Shown: positions 31,583 through 40,731 of the stretch, piece by piece
How positions within the stretch are numbered: position 1 is the first letter of the stretch
How the letters are laid out: every line of letters starts with the position of its first letter
Source: a virus
Virus record (IMG/VR): IMGVR_UViG_3300027730_000009
Span: 27,974-91,973 of that record
Length of the DNA: 64,000 bases
Direction: 5' to 3' (one strand)
The notes under the pieces: model-generated
Told to the model about the DNA's origin: nothing
Database searches by the model: none
What the model saw: the letters and a program-made list of their open reading frames with translations, nothing else
Program-made: the position numbers and the translations under genes

Positions 31583-32227
31583 ATGACACCAAAATATTAT
31601 GTAGTCCTGTTTAAGAATAAGGTTCGGAAAAAAATAATAAAGAAATTTAGTAATTTCAAAAATTCTGAAAACTTTTATAACAATTTAATTAAAGAGAGTT
31701 CTGCGGTAATTTTCCCAAAAAAGATAGAGAATGGTAAAAACTCACACTATGAGTTGGCACTCTTACAAAATAAAAGTAATCAGGATAATGATATTTATAT
31801 GACTGATGAGTTAGGTAGAAATGTTAAGGTTGTTTTAGAAGATGAAAGTTTTGAAATGTTAAAAATCAAACTATACGAAGTTGAGGAGTTAATTTATGAT
31901 ACTCAAAAAAAACAAAAAATTTCAACCCTTAAATTAATACAAACTTATTTGAAGGGAGATGGTGTTAAAATGGTTTTCTCATTAAACAATAAATTTATCA
32001 TTCAAAAAGACGAAGACATTAAATTGTTTTCATTAAAGTCTGAAATGGAAACTGACCGATTTATTGATTGTATTTCAAAACAATTTTACAAGGAAGGTCG
32101 TAAAGATTGTCTTTTTATAAAAGATACCTCTACAGCACAAAAAAAATACCTCTTTTCAGTTTTATCTGAAATGGGTATTGATAAGAAAGTTTTATATCGA
32201 AAGTTTACGACTTATCCTCGTCAGTAA
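31583..32227 (+). CDS. Hypothetical Lys-rich protein
   Basis: 214 aa ORF. Confidence 0.6.
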   Translation: MTPKYYVVLFKNKVRKKIIKKFSNFKNSENFYNNLIKESSAVIFPKKIENGKNSHYELALLQNKSNQDNDIYMTDELGRNVKVVLEDESFEMLKIKLYEVEELIYDTQKKQKISTLKLIQTYLKGDGVKMVFSLNNKFIIQKDEDIKLFSLKSEMETDRFIDCISKQFYKEGRKDCLFIKDTSTAQKKYLFSVLSEMGIDKKVLYRKFTTYPRQ

Positions 32228-32462
32228 TTTCCGTTTCTTTTTCCTCTAACATAAAATGAAAATCGACTCCTGATATTTCCACGGTGAATTGTTTGTGATG
32301 CCGGTCAATTTCTCGGAAGTGACTTTGCATTTTTTTAAAATCGGGTTCCTTAAGTTCGAATACCACGACTGTATTTCCATCTGGAAACATATCCAAAAAA
32401 GAATCCGAAAGTATTGCCAACTTTTCTAAATCCCCCAAATCATTTTTTTGAGTCTCTTCCAT
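32205..32462 (-). CDS. Hypothetical protein
   Basis: ORF in operon. Confidence 0.55.
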   Translation of the reverse strand: MEETQKNDLGDLEKLAILSDSFLDMFPDGNTVVVFELKEPDFKKMQSHFREIDRHHKQFTVEISGVDFHFMLEEKETEITDEDKS

Positions 32463-32605
32463 AATGTTGGTTTTTCTTTTTTAAATAAATCTTCTTTTTT
32501 TAATTTTTGAAATTTAGAAACCAAATCTTTTTTGTATTTCTCAATTTCGACATCATCTTTTGTTTTTTCCTTATTCAGCCAATCCAATAGTCTCTGTTGG
32601 TTCAT
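32426..32605 (-). CDS. 59-aa hypothetical protein (not in ORF track)
   Basis: Hand translation MNQQRLLDWLNKEK..LWKRLKKMIWGI; fills the gap. Confidence 0.55.
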   Translation of the reverse strand: MNQQRLLDWLNKEKTKDDVEIEKYKKDLVSKFQKLKKEDLFKKEKPTLWKRLKKMIWGI

Positions 32606-32999
32606 CTTCTTCTAATTCTTTTGGTTTGTTATCTTCAAAATAAAAGTTTAGTTTTTTAAGACTCTCTAAGTCAGAAGACTCGAAGGTTTTTTTCAAATCG
32701 GAAATGACTTCTTTGAAAAGTAATTCTTTTTCTTCTCGTTCCTTATTTATCTTAATTAATCTAAGAATGTTTTGAACAGTTTTTTCAACTTCCTGTTCGT
32801 TAATCTCACAAACAATACTTAGACCACGAAAATTTTCTCCTTTTTGTGACTCGAACGGTATTGTTTGACCGTCGGTTGAAATGCTTTTAGGAACTCCCCA
32901 AGATTTAGGGATTTCAATATCGAAAGAAAAATATGACTCTAATTTCCTTATTGAAAAAAAATATTCCAAAAATGGTTCTATTGATTTGAAAAAATTCAT
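32571..32999 (-). CDS. Hypothetical protein
   Basis: 142 aa ORF, ATGA coupling. Confidence 0.6.
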   Translation of the reverse strand: MNFFKSIEPFLEYFFSIRKLESYFSFDIEIPKSWGVPKSISTDGQTIPFESQKGENFRGLSIVCEINEQEVEKTVQNILRLIKINKEREEKELLFKEVISDLKKTFESSDLESLKKLNFYFEDNKPKELEEDEPTETIGLAE

Positions 33000-33175
33000 G
33001 TTGTGATTAAATATGTTAGAAAATAACTGATTGATAAATATAAAAATAAAAGGTCCCTACTTGAAAATAATGCTTCATTTCCAAGCAGGACACCTATGAA
33101 TTTTACTATATTTTTTATAATAATTTGAGATGTTAGGATAAACAAAAATAAAAATAAAGTGTCTAAACTTAACAT
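32996..33175 (-). CDS. 59-aa two-TM membrane protein (not in ORF track)
   Basis: Hand translation MLSLDTLFLFLFIL..LLFLYLSISYFLTYLITT. Confidence 0.55.
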   Translation of the reverse strand: MLSLDTLFLFLFILTSQIIIKNIVKFIGVLLGNEALFSSRDLLFLYLSISYFLTYLITT

Positions 33176-33176
33176 T

Positions 33177-33350
33177 TTATTTTTTTTTGTTTTCTTCCAA
33201 AATCTCGATTCTAAGTTGTTGCAAAAGAGCTTTCAATTCTTGCGCAGTTTTTCTTGCACGAGTACCAGCACTTTTGTTTCCCTTGAAGAATTTTTCAGTG
33301 TCACTTGAGAGTAACTCTGTCAAATCTTTGATGTTCTGTAATGTTTCCAT
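33177..33350 (-). CDS. Histone H1-like Hc1 family protein, Bacteroidota type (not in ORF track)
   Basis: METLQNIKDL..EKFFKGNKSAGTRARKTAQELK..R.EI signature. Confidence 0.8.
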   Translation of the reverse strand: METLQNIKDLTELLSSDTEKFFKGNKSAGTRARKTAQELKALLQQLRIEILEENKKK

Positions 33351-33403
33351 TTTAAAGTATTTTTTATTGTTTATGGATAATCTAAGACAATATAATCATA
33401 TTG

Positions 33404-33886
33404 TCACTCTCCGTCAAGTGTTCTAACATGAACAACATTCTTATCTAATAATTTATAAATCTCAGTCAAGATATCTAAATCTGATTTGGCAAAGGGTTTA
33501 TCTTGGTCAAATAAATCTTTTATAAAATCAGGTATGGCACTTCTCATATTAATTGTTTCTTGATGATAAAAACTATCGTCAAAGAATTTTTTTAAATATT
33601 CTTTGTGTTCCCCTTTAGGTTTTAATATTATATTTTCCAATTCAAAATTTTTAACTATAGTCTTCCAACACCACTCAAAATGACTTTCGATATCTTTTTC
33701 AGACATAGTAATTTTTGTTTCATTTGTGTTGTCACCCAAATAAGTGTCATTAATAGTCTGTGCCAAGGAAAGAAAAATATCACCAAACAAATCGATTTTC
33801 TCAGATATTATGTTATGTACTTGAAACCATACCTCCACTTCGTGGTTAGGTATGGGCTTAGACATCCAATTAAAAAAATTCTCCAT
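33404..33886 (-). CDS. Hypothetical protein
   Basis: 160 aa ORF. Confidence 0.6.
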   Translation of the reverse strand: MENFFNWMSKPIPNHEVEVWFQVHNIISEKIDLFGDIFLSLAQTINDTYLGDNTNETKITMSEKDIESHFEWCWKTIVKNFELENIILKPKGEHKEYLKKFFDDSFYHQETINMRSAIPDFIKDLFDQDKPFAKSDLDILTEIYKLLDKNVVHVRTLDGE

Positions 33887-33932
33887 AGGGTTTCTATGGA
33901 GAATTATAACAAATTGTAATGAAATTTATAGG

Positions 33933-35387
33933 TTATTGAGTTTTTTGATTATAATCAACAATTTTTTTCATTCTATTAATTTCTTCTGAAATAATTTTTT
34001 CATTTTTGTTTTCAACAGATTCTAATTGATTCATAATCTTTTGAGACTTAGCCGCCCCTTTTTTCAAATTAAGTGCACCTTGTTCAGTACTTTCACCCGC
34101 TTGGTCAACAGGTTGTGGGTATCTTTTATAAGATGCATTCATTTGCTCAGCACCATAAACATTGTCTTTGAAATTTTTATAGAACTTATCACCAACTTTA
34201 GATGGAACAACATTACCTAAGGCTTTTCCATCTTTATCGACTTGTGCATTTCCTGTTTTAGATGCTCCCTTGAGGTTAGCTTCAATCCATTCATCATTTG
34301 GTTTGATTTCATCATACACCAAATTGGTTTGACCAGGGAATGCAAACGCATCAATGTACTCTTCAACAGCATCAGAAGCCTTGTAAGCCTTCTTGGGAGT
34401 TTCTTTCATCTCACCATTTCCAACGGGAAATCCTTCAGGGTCCATTTCATATGTACCCTCAGACCCAGTCTTCAAATAATCTTTCATTTTTTTAACAACA
34501 GCATCTAAGTGGTCTTTGTTAACTTCCTTATTTTTATTTGAAATTTTATTAAAGTCAGGTTCAACTGACGAACTTTTCTTTTGCATATTGTTTTTTTGTT
34601 CTTTGATAATCATTTCAATTAGGTCAATGATTTCACTTTCATACAACTTTAAAACTTTTTTATTTGAATTGGACTCTTGTAAATTTTTACATTTGTCTTT
34701 ATTCATATTTAAATATAATTGAGCCATTTTAGCAGGGTGTCCTCCAATCTTTTTTGCCGTTGTTGCGCATTTACATGTAACATCACCATCACTATCTACC
34801 ATTTTCTTACGACTACACCATTTTGTGAAAGCACCCTTTTTCATGTCCACATCTTGAATCCATTTGTCATCTTTAGCTTCTTTAACGGGGTAAGTTTTAC
34901 CATCGACAGTAAAAGTTTTTTTACCTTCTTCTCTTGCCTTAGCTAACTCCCCAGAGAACTCATTTCCCTCAACAGTTTCATCTTCTTCACCCATTCTCTG
35001 TTTATCAATATTTGAATAAACACCCATTACTTTAGATTTTCTACCATCGAACTCATCTCTATCTTCATGGTCCTCCTCTTCGTACCCTTCATTTTTGATA
35101 TCATGGATTTTAGGTTTTTCAGTTTTGAAGTCACCATATGGTTCAACTTCATCATCTTCAGTATCTCCAAAAGTAACTTCTTTCATGTCTCTTAACTTTT
35201 TAAAGTCGGCTGAAGTGAGTTTACCTTTAGGTTTAGCAACATCAAGTTTATGTTGGTTTCCCTGTAACTTCTCGTTAGTTTCCATTTTCTCAACAATTTG
35301 AGATACTAACTTCTCACTTTTTTCTCTTAAAGATTCATTCAAAACCTTCTCAACAATTTTATCAATGTGTTTTTCAAAATTATTCAT
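33933..35387 (-). CDS. Modular charged late protein, putative prohead/internal protein
   Basis: IVEKVLNE leader, internal LIEMIIKEQ, terminal EEINRMKKI; TATTTAT upstream. Confidence 0.55.
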   Translation of the reverse strand: MNNFEKHIDKIVEKVLNESLREKSEKLVSQIVEKMETNEKLQGNQHKLDVAKPKGKLTSADFKKLRDMKEVTFGDTEDDEVEPYGDFKTEKPKIHDIKNEGYEEEDHEDRDEFDGRKSKVMGVYSNIDKQRMGEEDETVEGNEFSGELAKAREEGKKTFTVDGKTYPVKEAKDDKWIQDVDMKKGAFTKWCSRKKMVDSDGDVTCKCATTAKKIGGHPAKMAQLYLNMNKDKCKNLQESNSNKKVLKLYESEIIDLIEMIIKEQKNNMQKKSSSVEPDFNKISNKNKEVNKDHLDAVVKKMKDYLKTGSEGTYEMDPEGFPVGNGEMKETPKKAYKASDAVEEYIDAFAFPGQTNLVYDEIKPNDEWIEANLKGASKTGNAQVDKDGKALGNVVPSKVGDKFYKNFKDNVYGAEQMNASYKRYPQPVDQAGESTEQGALNLKKGAAKSQKIMNQLESVENKNEKIISEEINRMKKIVDYNQKTQ

Positions 35388-35426
35388 TTTATTGTTTTCT
35401 TAATAAATATCAATCTTCTTTGAAGA

Positions 35427-36212
35427 TTACTGGTTATTTTTTTTATCTTGGATTTTCTTTAGGATTTCAATAATCGTACTTTCACTAAGACCTAATCTTT
35501 GACTTGCGTTTTTTAAGATGTGTTTCTTATTATCTATTTCGGATAAATCAATTGCACCAGCACCCTGATTACAATATGGGAATGTTAAACACTTCTTTTT
35601 GATTTTTACAAATTTACCACCCTTATAAATAGGTTTCTTACCACCTCTCCAATTTTTACTCCCTTTAGCAATAAATGCCGGTGTGGAATAGGCACCACTA
35701 GATGCTGAGGTTGTTGCCTCAGTTGTTTCTTCCTTTGACTCCTCAATTCTTTTTAATTTAGTGTAATAGTTGGGGTCTTCAGCCAAATGGTCCATAGCAA
35801 TTTCTTTCGCAATTTTCATATCATCGCTGTGTTCCATTTCTACTTTGATACCCTTGACTAGTTGTTGAGCCAAATGCATTATCATTTTTGAAATTCTTTG
35901 AGGACTTTGTTTTTTTACTGTCTTATCACCAACATGTTTCATTGCTAAATCGTATAGTGTTGACGCATCTGCCAGTCCACCTTTTAATTTATTATCTTCT
36001 TTGGTTTCTTCCTTTGTAAATAAAGGGGCTGAATATTGACCAGCTGAAGATGCACCTGTAGCTTCTTGTGATTCGATTTTTTTATTGTTTTCTTTCATGT
36101 CTTGTTGATATTTTATCGCATCACTCATAGTGTCCGAGTTTAATTCGATGTTTGGTTGTTTTAAAAATGCGTCTGTGACCGCTTTTTGAAATATTTGTTT
36201 TGTACTTCTCAT
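35427..36212 (-). CDS. DUF5661-like domain protein
   Basis: GIKVEMEH..AKEIAMDHLAEDPNYYTKL flanked by two EAT.ASS.G.YS.P.F repeats. Confidence 0.65.
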   Translation of the reverse strand: MRSTKQIFQKAVTDAFLKQPNIELNSDTMSDAIKYQQDMKENNKKIESQEATGASSAGQYSAPLFTKEETKEDNKLKGGLADASTLYDLAMKHVGDKTVKKQSPQRISKMIMHLAQQLVKGIKVEMEHSDDMKIAKEIAMDHLAEDPNYYTKLKRIEESKEETTEATTSASSGAYSTPAFIAKGSKNWRGGKKPIYKGGKFVKIKKKCLTFPYCNQGAGAIDLSEIDNKKHILKNASQRLGLSESTIIEILKKIQDKKNNQ

Positions 36213-36213
36213 T

Positions 36214-36459
36214 TTATGCGTTTTTCAATCTTGGTTCCCAATAACTTCTGTTCATCCACATAAATTGGTAAAACTCTCTAAACATCTTAACAACCAACTC
36301 TTTAACCTCACCTTCGAGTTTACCTCTTTTGATTTCCTTAGCAATTTTATCCAACATTTTGTCTTCAAATTGTTTTAGAGTTTGGCTATCAAGAAACTGT
36401 TTGATTTCTTTTCTAACCAAGACCTCTATTTCTTTCATATCTGTATTTGTCAGTGCCAT
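36214..36459 (-). CDS. Hypothetical protein
   Basis: Coupled ORF. Confidence 0.6.
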   Translation of the reverse strand: MALTNTDMKEIEVLVRKEIKQFLDSQTLKQFEDKMLDKIAKEIKRGKLEGEVKELVVKMFREFYQFMWMNRSYWEPRLKNA

Positions 36460-36887
36460 TACTTTGTAATTAAAAAATATGCTAAGGTTATTATGACACC
36501 CGAAGACATCAAATTAGTAAACTTAGACTTAACTTTTTGTTTTTTTAGTTCCTTACTCACAGTCTTAAACTCACTATCAAGGATTACAACTTTTCTTTCA
36601 AGACCCTCAATGATTTTTTTATTGTTTTCATCAACAGTTTTGAAAGTCGAAATCATCTCATCTTGTGTTTTAGATTTGGTTTCTAATTCTGTAATATGTA
36701 GATTAGCTTGAGTTAACTGTGCCATTGCAGAGTCACCCCTGACTAAATCAACCACAATTCTCTTTACAACAGGAACAGGAATTTTAATGAATTCTTGTGT
36801 CGTTGTAGCGTTCTGACAGAAAAGTGACGAGTTGGTTATGGTCAAACCCACGAACAACATTAATTTTTTCACCGTATTCACCTGCAA
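36459..36887 (-). CDS. Exported coiled-coil protein with C-terminal TM, spanin-like
   Basis: Signal-like N terminus with Cys24, coiled coil, terminal hydrophobic helix. Confidence 0.45.
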   Translation of the reverse strand: MQVNTVKKLMLFVGLTITNSSLFCQNATTTQEFIKIPVPVVKRIVVDLVRGDSAMAQLTQANLHITELETKSKTQDEMISTFKTVDENNKKIIEGLERKVVILDSEFKTVSKELKKQKVKSKFTNLMSSGVIITLAYFLITK

Positions 36888-37170
36888 TTTGATTTTTAAT
36901 ATCTTTTATGGTTTTAAGGTTTTCATCCATAACCACTAACTTTTCCTCATATTGTTGAATCTCATCATAGAGGATATTTTGTTCTAATTTAATTGTTTCG
37001 ATGTCTTCATCGATTTTCTTTAATTCCTCAACCGCACCTGCAGACATTTTTACTGAAGGTGTTAATACGAAAATTACCCAATACAAAACAAACAGGAAAC
37101 CTAATCCGATTCCAATTTGTTTGTAATAGGTTTTCACTATGGGTATAATTTTATCAAAGTTCATCTTCAT
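36784..37170 (-). CDS. N-terminal TM plus coiled coil, i-spanin-like
   Basis: IGIGLGFLFVLYWVIFVL then heptads; about 100-nt overlap with the downstream gene. Confidence 0.45.
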   Translation of the reverse strand: MKMNFDKIIPIVKTYYKQIGIGLGFLFVLYWVIFVLTPSVKMSAGAVEELKKIDEDIETIKLEQNILYDEIQQYEEKLVVMDENLKTIKDIKNQIAGEYGEKINVVRGFDHNQLVTFLSERYNDTRIH

Positions 37171-37738
37171 AACCAACTTGTTTGCGGATTGCCAGTACTC
37201 TCGCCCATCTAGCTTTAAACTTACCATAGTAATCATATAGATTATCTATCATTGTCTTACTGTCGTCATCTAGTTTGATTAAGTTTCCATCGATGTATAC
37301 CCCCGAACTTTCTCCAATGGTGTAAAGGAACCCAAAATCTTTATCAATGATACTTCCTGACCATTCAACCGTATTAGAATATACATTCAACTGGTTAAAC
37401 TCTGTAAGGTCTGAAACCTCATTATTGAATTCATCAATAGTATCTTGGAACGCCACTTTATCATCAGTGGTAATTTCCGTGGAAGCTTTGGTGGGACCGT
37501 GGATAGCCAAGATATTACCTGAGATTCTGTATTTTGTCTCGAATTCTTCTTGAGCCTCTTTCGGGTCAAGTGTTGTTAGTTGAGATTGTGTGGCAACATC
37601 ATCACCAATTTTATCGGTTATGTCTGTGGCGACATCAACTTGTCCAAGTTTCTCGGCATTTAGTTGTTCGTTGATAAGTCTGGCGTTTTTAACCAAGTTT
37701 TTGATTTCATCGTATCTTTCGTTCATCAAATTGTTCAT
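37154..37738 (-). CDS. Hypothetical protein
   Basis: Start moved to MNNLMNE. Confidence 0.6.
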   Translation of the reverse strand: MNNLMNERYDEIKNLVKNARLINEQLNAEKLGQVDVATDITDKIGDDVATQSQLTTLDPKEAQEEFETKYRISGNILAIHGPTKASTEITTDDKVAFQDTIDEFNNEVSDLTEFNQLNVYSNTVEWSGSIIDKDFGFLYTIGESSGVYIDGNLIKLDDDSKTMIDNLYDYYGKFKARWARVLAIRKQVGYEDEL

Positions 37739-38327
37739 ATTCAAATATTTTTTTAAAGTTGTTGAAATCAAACGCAGGACTCAAATCGGTAAATCTTTGG
37801 TTAAAATTACTTCGTGAACACACTCCACTGAATAATTCAATACCTTCGATTTTAGTATTGTGTCCTACGAATTTACGGGGGATTTTATGTTCATCACACA
37901 ACCACTTACACAATTCAGTCGTTTTATCAACTTGAACATCAGTATATGGTTGCCAAAGTCCGTAATCTCTCCACCTTTTTTCGTAAACCTCTTGTTTATA
38001 AATATTACCAATCCAATTCAAGTGGTAACTACTTAATGGTTTTCTAGTTAACCATCCAAGATTCTCTAAACTTATTATAATACCGTCTTTATTTAATATT
38101 TCATTACCGAAAAAGTTGGAGATGGAATTAGTGGATAATAACTGTATTATTTTACCATCCCTACCAATAACAAAGTGTGGTAATCGACAATAATTTCCAT
38201 TATGTCTTAATCGAAGAGAGGTCAGATATTCTCCAACCTCTCTTGATGTATGACATAGGATTATTTGTCTTTTATTTTTATTTTTTCCAAGACCTTTAAA
38301 TTTTCCAAAATGGGAAATAACTTCCAT
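37707..38327 (-). CDS. N-acetylmuramoyl-L-alanine amidase-like protein (Amidase_2)
   Basis: IILCHT, PHFVIGRDGKIIQL, ISLEN.G, YTDVQ, DLSPAFD; Zn ligands look partly divergent. Confidence 0.65.
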   Translation of the reverse strand: MEVISHFGKFKGLGKNKNKRQIILCHTSREVGEYLTSLRLRHNGNYCRLPHFVIGRDGKIIQLLSTNSISNFFGNEILNKDGIIISLENLGWLTRKPLSSYHLNWIGNIYKQEVYEKRWRDYGLWQPYTDVQVDKTTELCKWLCDEHKIPRKFVGHNTKIEGIELFSGVCSRSNFNQRFTDLSPAFDFNNFKKIFEYEQFDERKIR

Positions 38328-39004
38328 TAGGGTTTGGTGTAAGTTAATCGGTTTATTTTAGTTTGGTCTTCGATTTCCTCAGGTTTTTCTTCATTTCGTT
38401 GAATTTGACTAATGACCTCTTCCAATTTTTGTAGTTCATCCTCGGTCGGAGTGTATTTTTGGTTTTCTATTTCACCTTCTTTTCTACCAGCTTCCTTGGA
38501 TAATTCATCGATATCCACAACAGGGTGAATTTCTTTTTTCTTACTTTCTTGCTCAAACTTAACCAACATGTGAAGAAACGATAATGAAATTAAAGGTAAC
38601 ATCCCACCAGCAAAAAGGGCTAAAAATCTTTTATGAGAAATAAGATTTCCACCCTCAACACCCAAATAACTTACCACAGGGTCAACCATTTCCACCCAAT
38701 CCAAAAATATCTTCGAACTTACATCAATGTACTGATAAGCAAAAAAGATATTACCCAAAAACTGAATGAAAGTAACTATTCCGAAAGGAACATAAACTAC
38801 TCTTCCCATGTTTGCCGAGATTGCCGCAAGGGCCGATAATGCTGCGATTTCTATACCAATTGACAAATAAATTGCCCAAGATATTGGGTTAGTTATTCCA
38901 TACCACGAAGTCACGTGAGAAATAGAAACAAACGCAACGGTGAGAATAGGAATCAAAAACGCCATATAGATGATGTTTCTGAAATTCTTCTGAAACCAAC
39001 TCAT
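38327..39004 (-). CDS. Four-TM membrane protein (holin candidate)
   Basis: Four hydrophobic segments and a charged tail; adjacent to the amidase. Confidence 0.5.
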   Translation of the reverse strand: MSWFQKNFRNIIYMAFLIPILTVAFVSISHVTSWYGITNPISWAIYLSIGIEIAALSALAAISANMGRVVYVPFGIVTFIQFLGNIFFAYQYIDVSSKIFLDWVEMVDPVVSYLGVEGGNLISHKRFLALFAGGMLPLISLSFLHMLVKFEQESKKKEIHPVVDIDELSKEAGRKEGEIENQKYTPTEDELQKLEEVISQIQRNEEKPEEIEDQTKINRLTYTKP

Positions 39005-39005
39005 T

Positions 39006-39287
39006 TTATTTTGCCCTTAAATTTTTGATTTCCTCTTCGATTTCAGTTTGTCTTCTAACATCTAACAATTTTCTGTCGGTTGCTTGAATCATTCTTTTCT
39101 CTACTTCCAACCCACTGATAAGAAGTTCTTTGTTGAACTCACTTTGGGTTACTGAAGAATCTTTTATTTCTTTTATTTCTTTTTTGATTGCTGTGAGTTC
39201 TCTACCGTCCCCACAACTTTTAAAAAAGTTTAACACCGCAATTACTAACACAATTACCGTAAAATTTTTTTTGATAAATTCTTTCAT
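39006..39287 (-). CDS. Membrane-anchored coiled-coil protein
   Basis: TVIVLVIAVLNFFKSC then coiled coil. Confidence 0.55.
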   Translation of the reverse strand: MKEFIKKNFTVIVLVIAVLNFFKSCGDGRELTAIKKEIKEIKDSSVTQSEFNKELLISGLEVEKRMIQATDRKLLDVRRQTEIEEEIKNLRAK

Positions 39288-39337
39288 AATAATAAAAATT
39301 TTTACTTTTTATTATAATAAATACTAATCAACAAGAA

Positions 39338-40138
39338 TTAAAGGTATTCGAATAGTTCCCCCGATTCGTTTCGTAGTTTTCTGAGTGCTTTTTCTTTGAT
39401 TTGACGAACTCTTTCTTTAGTTAGTTTAAAGTCATTACCAATGTCTTCAAGTGTTCTTGACTGACCTGACAGACCAAAATAGTCTTCAATAATAACCCTT
39501 TCTCTTTCATCCAAGATATTCATAATACCAAAAAGTTTTTCCTTTAACATCTCTTTGGTATCAAAAATTGCATCGGGTAATGCTGCATCAGGGTTTTTGA
39601 TAACATCCAACAAAGTATCCCCCTCTTCATTTAAAGGTGCATCATAGTTGATTGTATATGGTAATAATGCAAATTTGTCGGGCAAATCTTCTCCGTTGTT
39701 TTCAACCACCTTTTTTGCCTTGTGAAGTTCTTGAACCACATTGACAGGAAGACGAATAGTACGCGAATTTTCATTTAAACACTGCAAAATAGATTGACGA
39801 ATCCACCACACCGCATATGAAATAAAACGAAGTTGTTGTGTCCAATCGAACTTTTGGACAGCCTTTAGAAGTCCCATATTACCCTCAGCAATCAAATCAG
39901 CCAATTCCATACCTTGGTTTTGATACTGTTTTGCTACGGTAATAACAAAACGAAGGTTACCCACCAAGAGTTCACGCTCGATTTCTTTTTTTTCAACCAA
40001 AGAAATATTACCTGAGAGGATTCTTTGAGCCAGTTCCCGTTCTCTATCGGGAGTCATTACCTTAATTTTACGAATATCTTTTAGATAGGTTGCGATTTCT
40101 TCTTGGTTAATTGGAATGGTAGATAGTTTGTCTTTCAT
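39338..40138 (-). CDS. Sigma70-family RNA polymerase sigma factor (Bacteroidota primary-sigma-like)
   Basis: NLRFVITVAKQYQNQG, DLIAEGN.GL, RFISYAVWWIRQSILQ, RERVRQIKEKAL-like region 4; no region 1.1. Confidence 0.9.
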   Translation of the reverse strand: MKDKLSTIPINQEEIATYLKDIRKIKVMTPDRERELAQRILSGNISLVEKKEIERELLVGNLRFVITVAKQYQNQGMELADLIAEGNMGLLKAVQKFDWTQQLRFISYAVWWIRQSILQCLNENSRTIRLPVNVVQELHKAKKVVENNGEDLPDKFALLPYTINYDAPLNEEGDTLLDVIKNPDAALPDAIFDTKEMLKEKLFGIMNILDERERVIIEDYFGLSGQSRTLEDIGNDFKLTKERVRQIKEKALRKLRNESGELFEYL

Positions 40139-40141
40139 AGA

Positions 40142-40675
40142 TTAGTTACTTAGGGTATTTAAAATTTGTCGTTCTTTGTTATTGAGGGATTTATATCCGT
40201 AAATATGGATTTTCTCCAAAATTTGGTCAAGGCTTGGTTCTTTAGGTTTAGTCTTTAATAGTTTGATTTCATCTTCTTCCTCGTCGTCAAAAACGATGGG
40301 TAGATTAATCAAATCTTGTTCCAAAAGACCATCCTCACCTTTACGAATTTTATCCATATCGATAACCATGTTTGAGTTCTCACTCTCACTGAGGTCCATA
40401 AGATGTCTTTTCATGGAGTTATCCATGTAGTAAGAGAGTTTTTTTTCTTCAGAAACAAAAAACATATTTACCATATCGTATTGTATTGCCGAATGGATAA
40501 ACATATAGATTTCTTCTTGGGAGTTTTCACTTTGAAAATGGCAGATTATTGACAAATCGTTATAATTAAATTTTAGATTTTCAGATTCAACCACTGGGGT
40601 GATACAAGTCATCACTTCATAAACAGTTCGTGTATTTTTAAACTCACCAAAGAGAATAACAATATAGTCTTTCAT
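40142..40675 (-). CDS. Hypothetical protein with DUF6576-like C terminus
   Basis: LDQILEKI...GYKSL...E..IL; start moved downstream of TATCTTTG. Confidence 0.55.
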   Translation of the reverse strand: MKDYIVILFGEFKNTRTVYEVMTCITPVVESENLKFNYNDLSIICHFQSENSQEEIYMFIHSAIQYDMVNMFFVSEEKKLSYYMDNSMKRHLMDLSESENSNMVIDMDKIRKGEDGLLEQDLINLPIVFDDEEEDEIKLLKTKPKEPSLDQILEKIHIYGYKSLNNKERQILNTLSN

Positions 40676-40731
40676 AGTTTTTGTGTTTTTATAAATCAAA
40701 GATACAATCCTAATATGATATTATTCTATCA

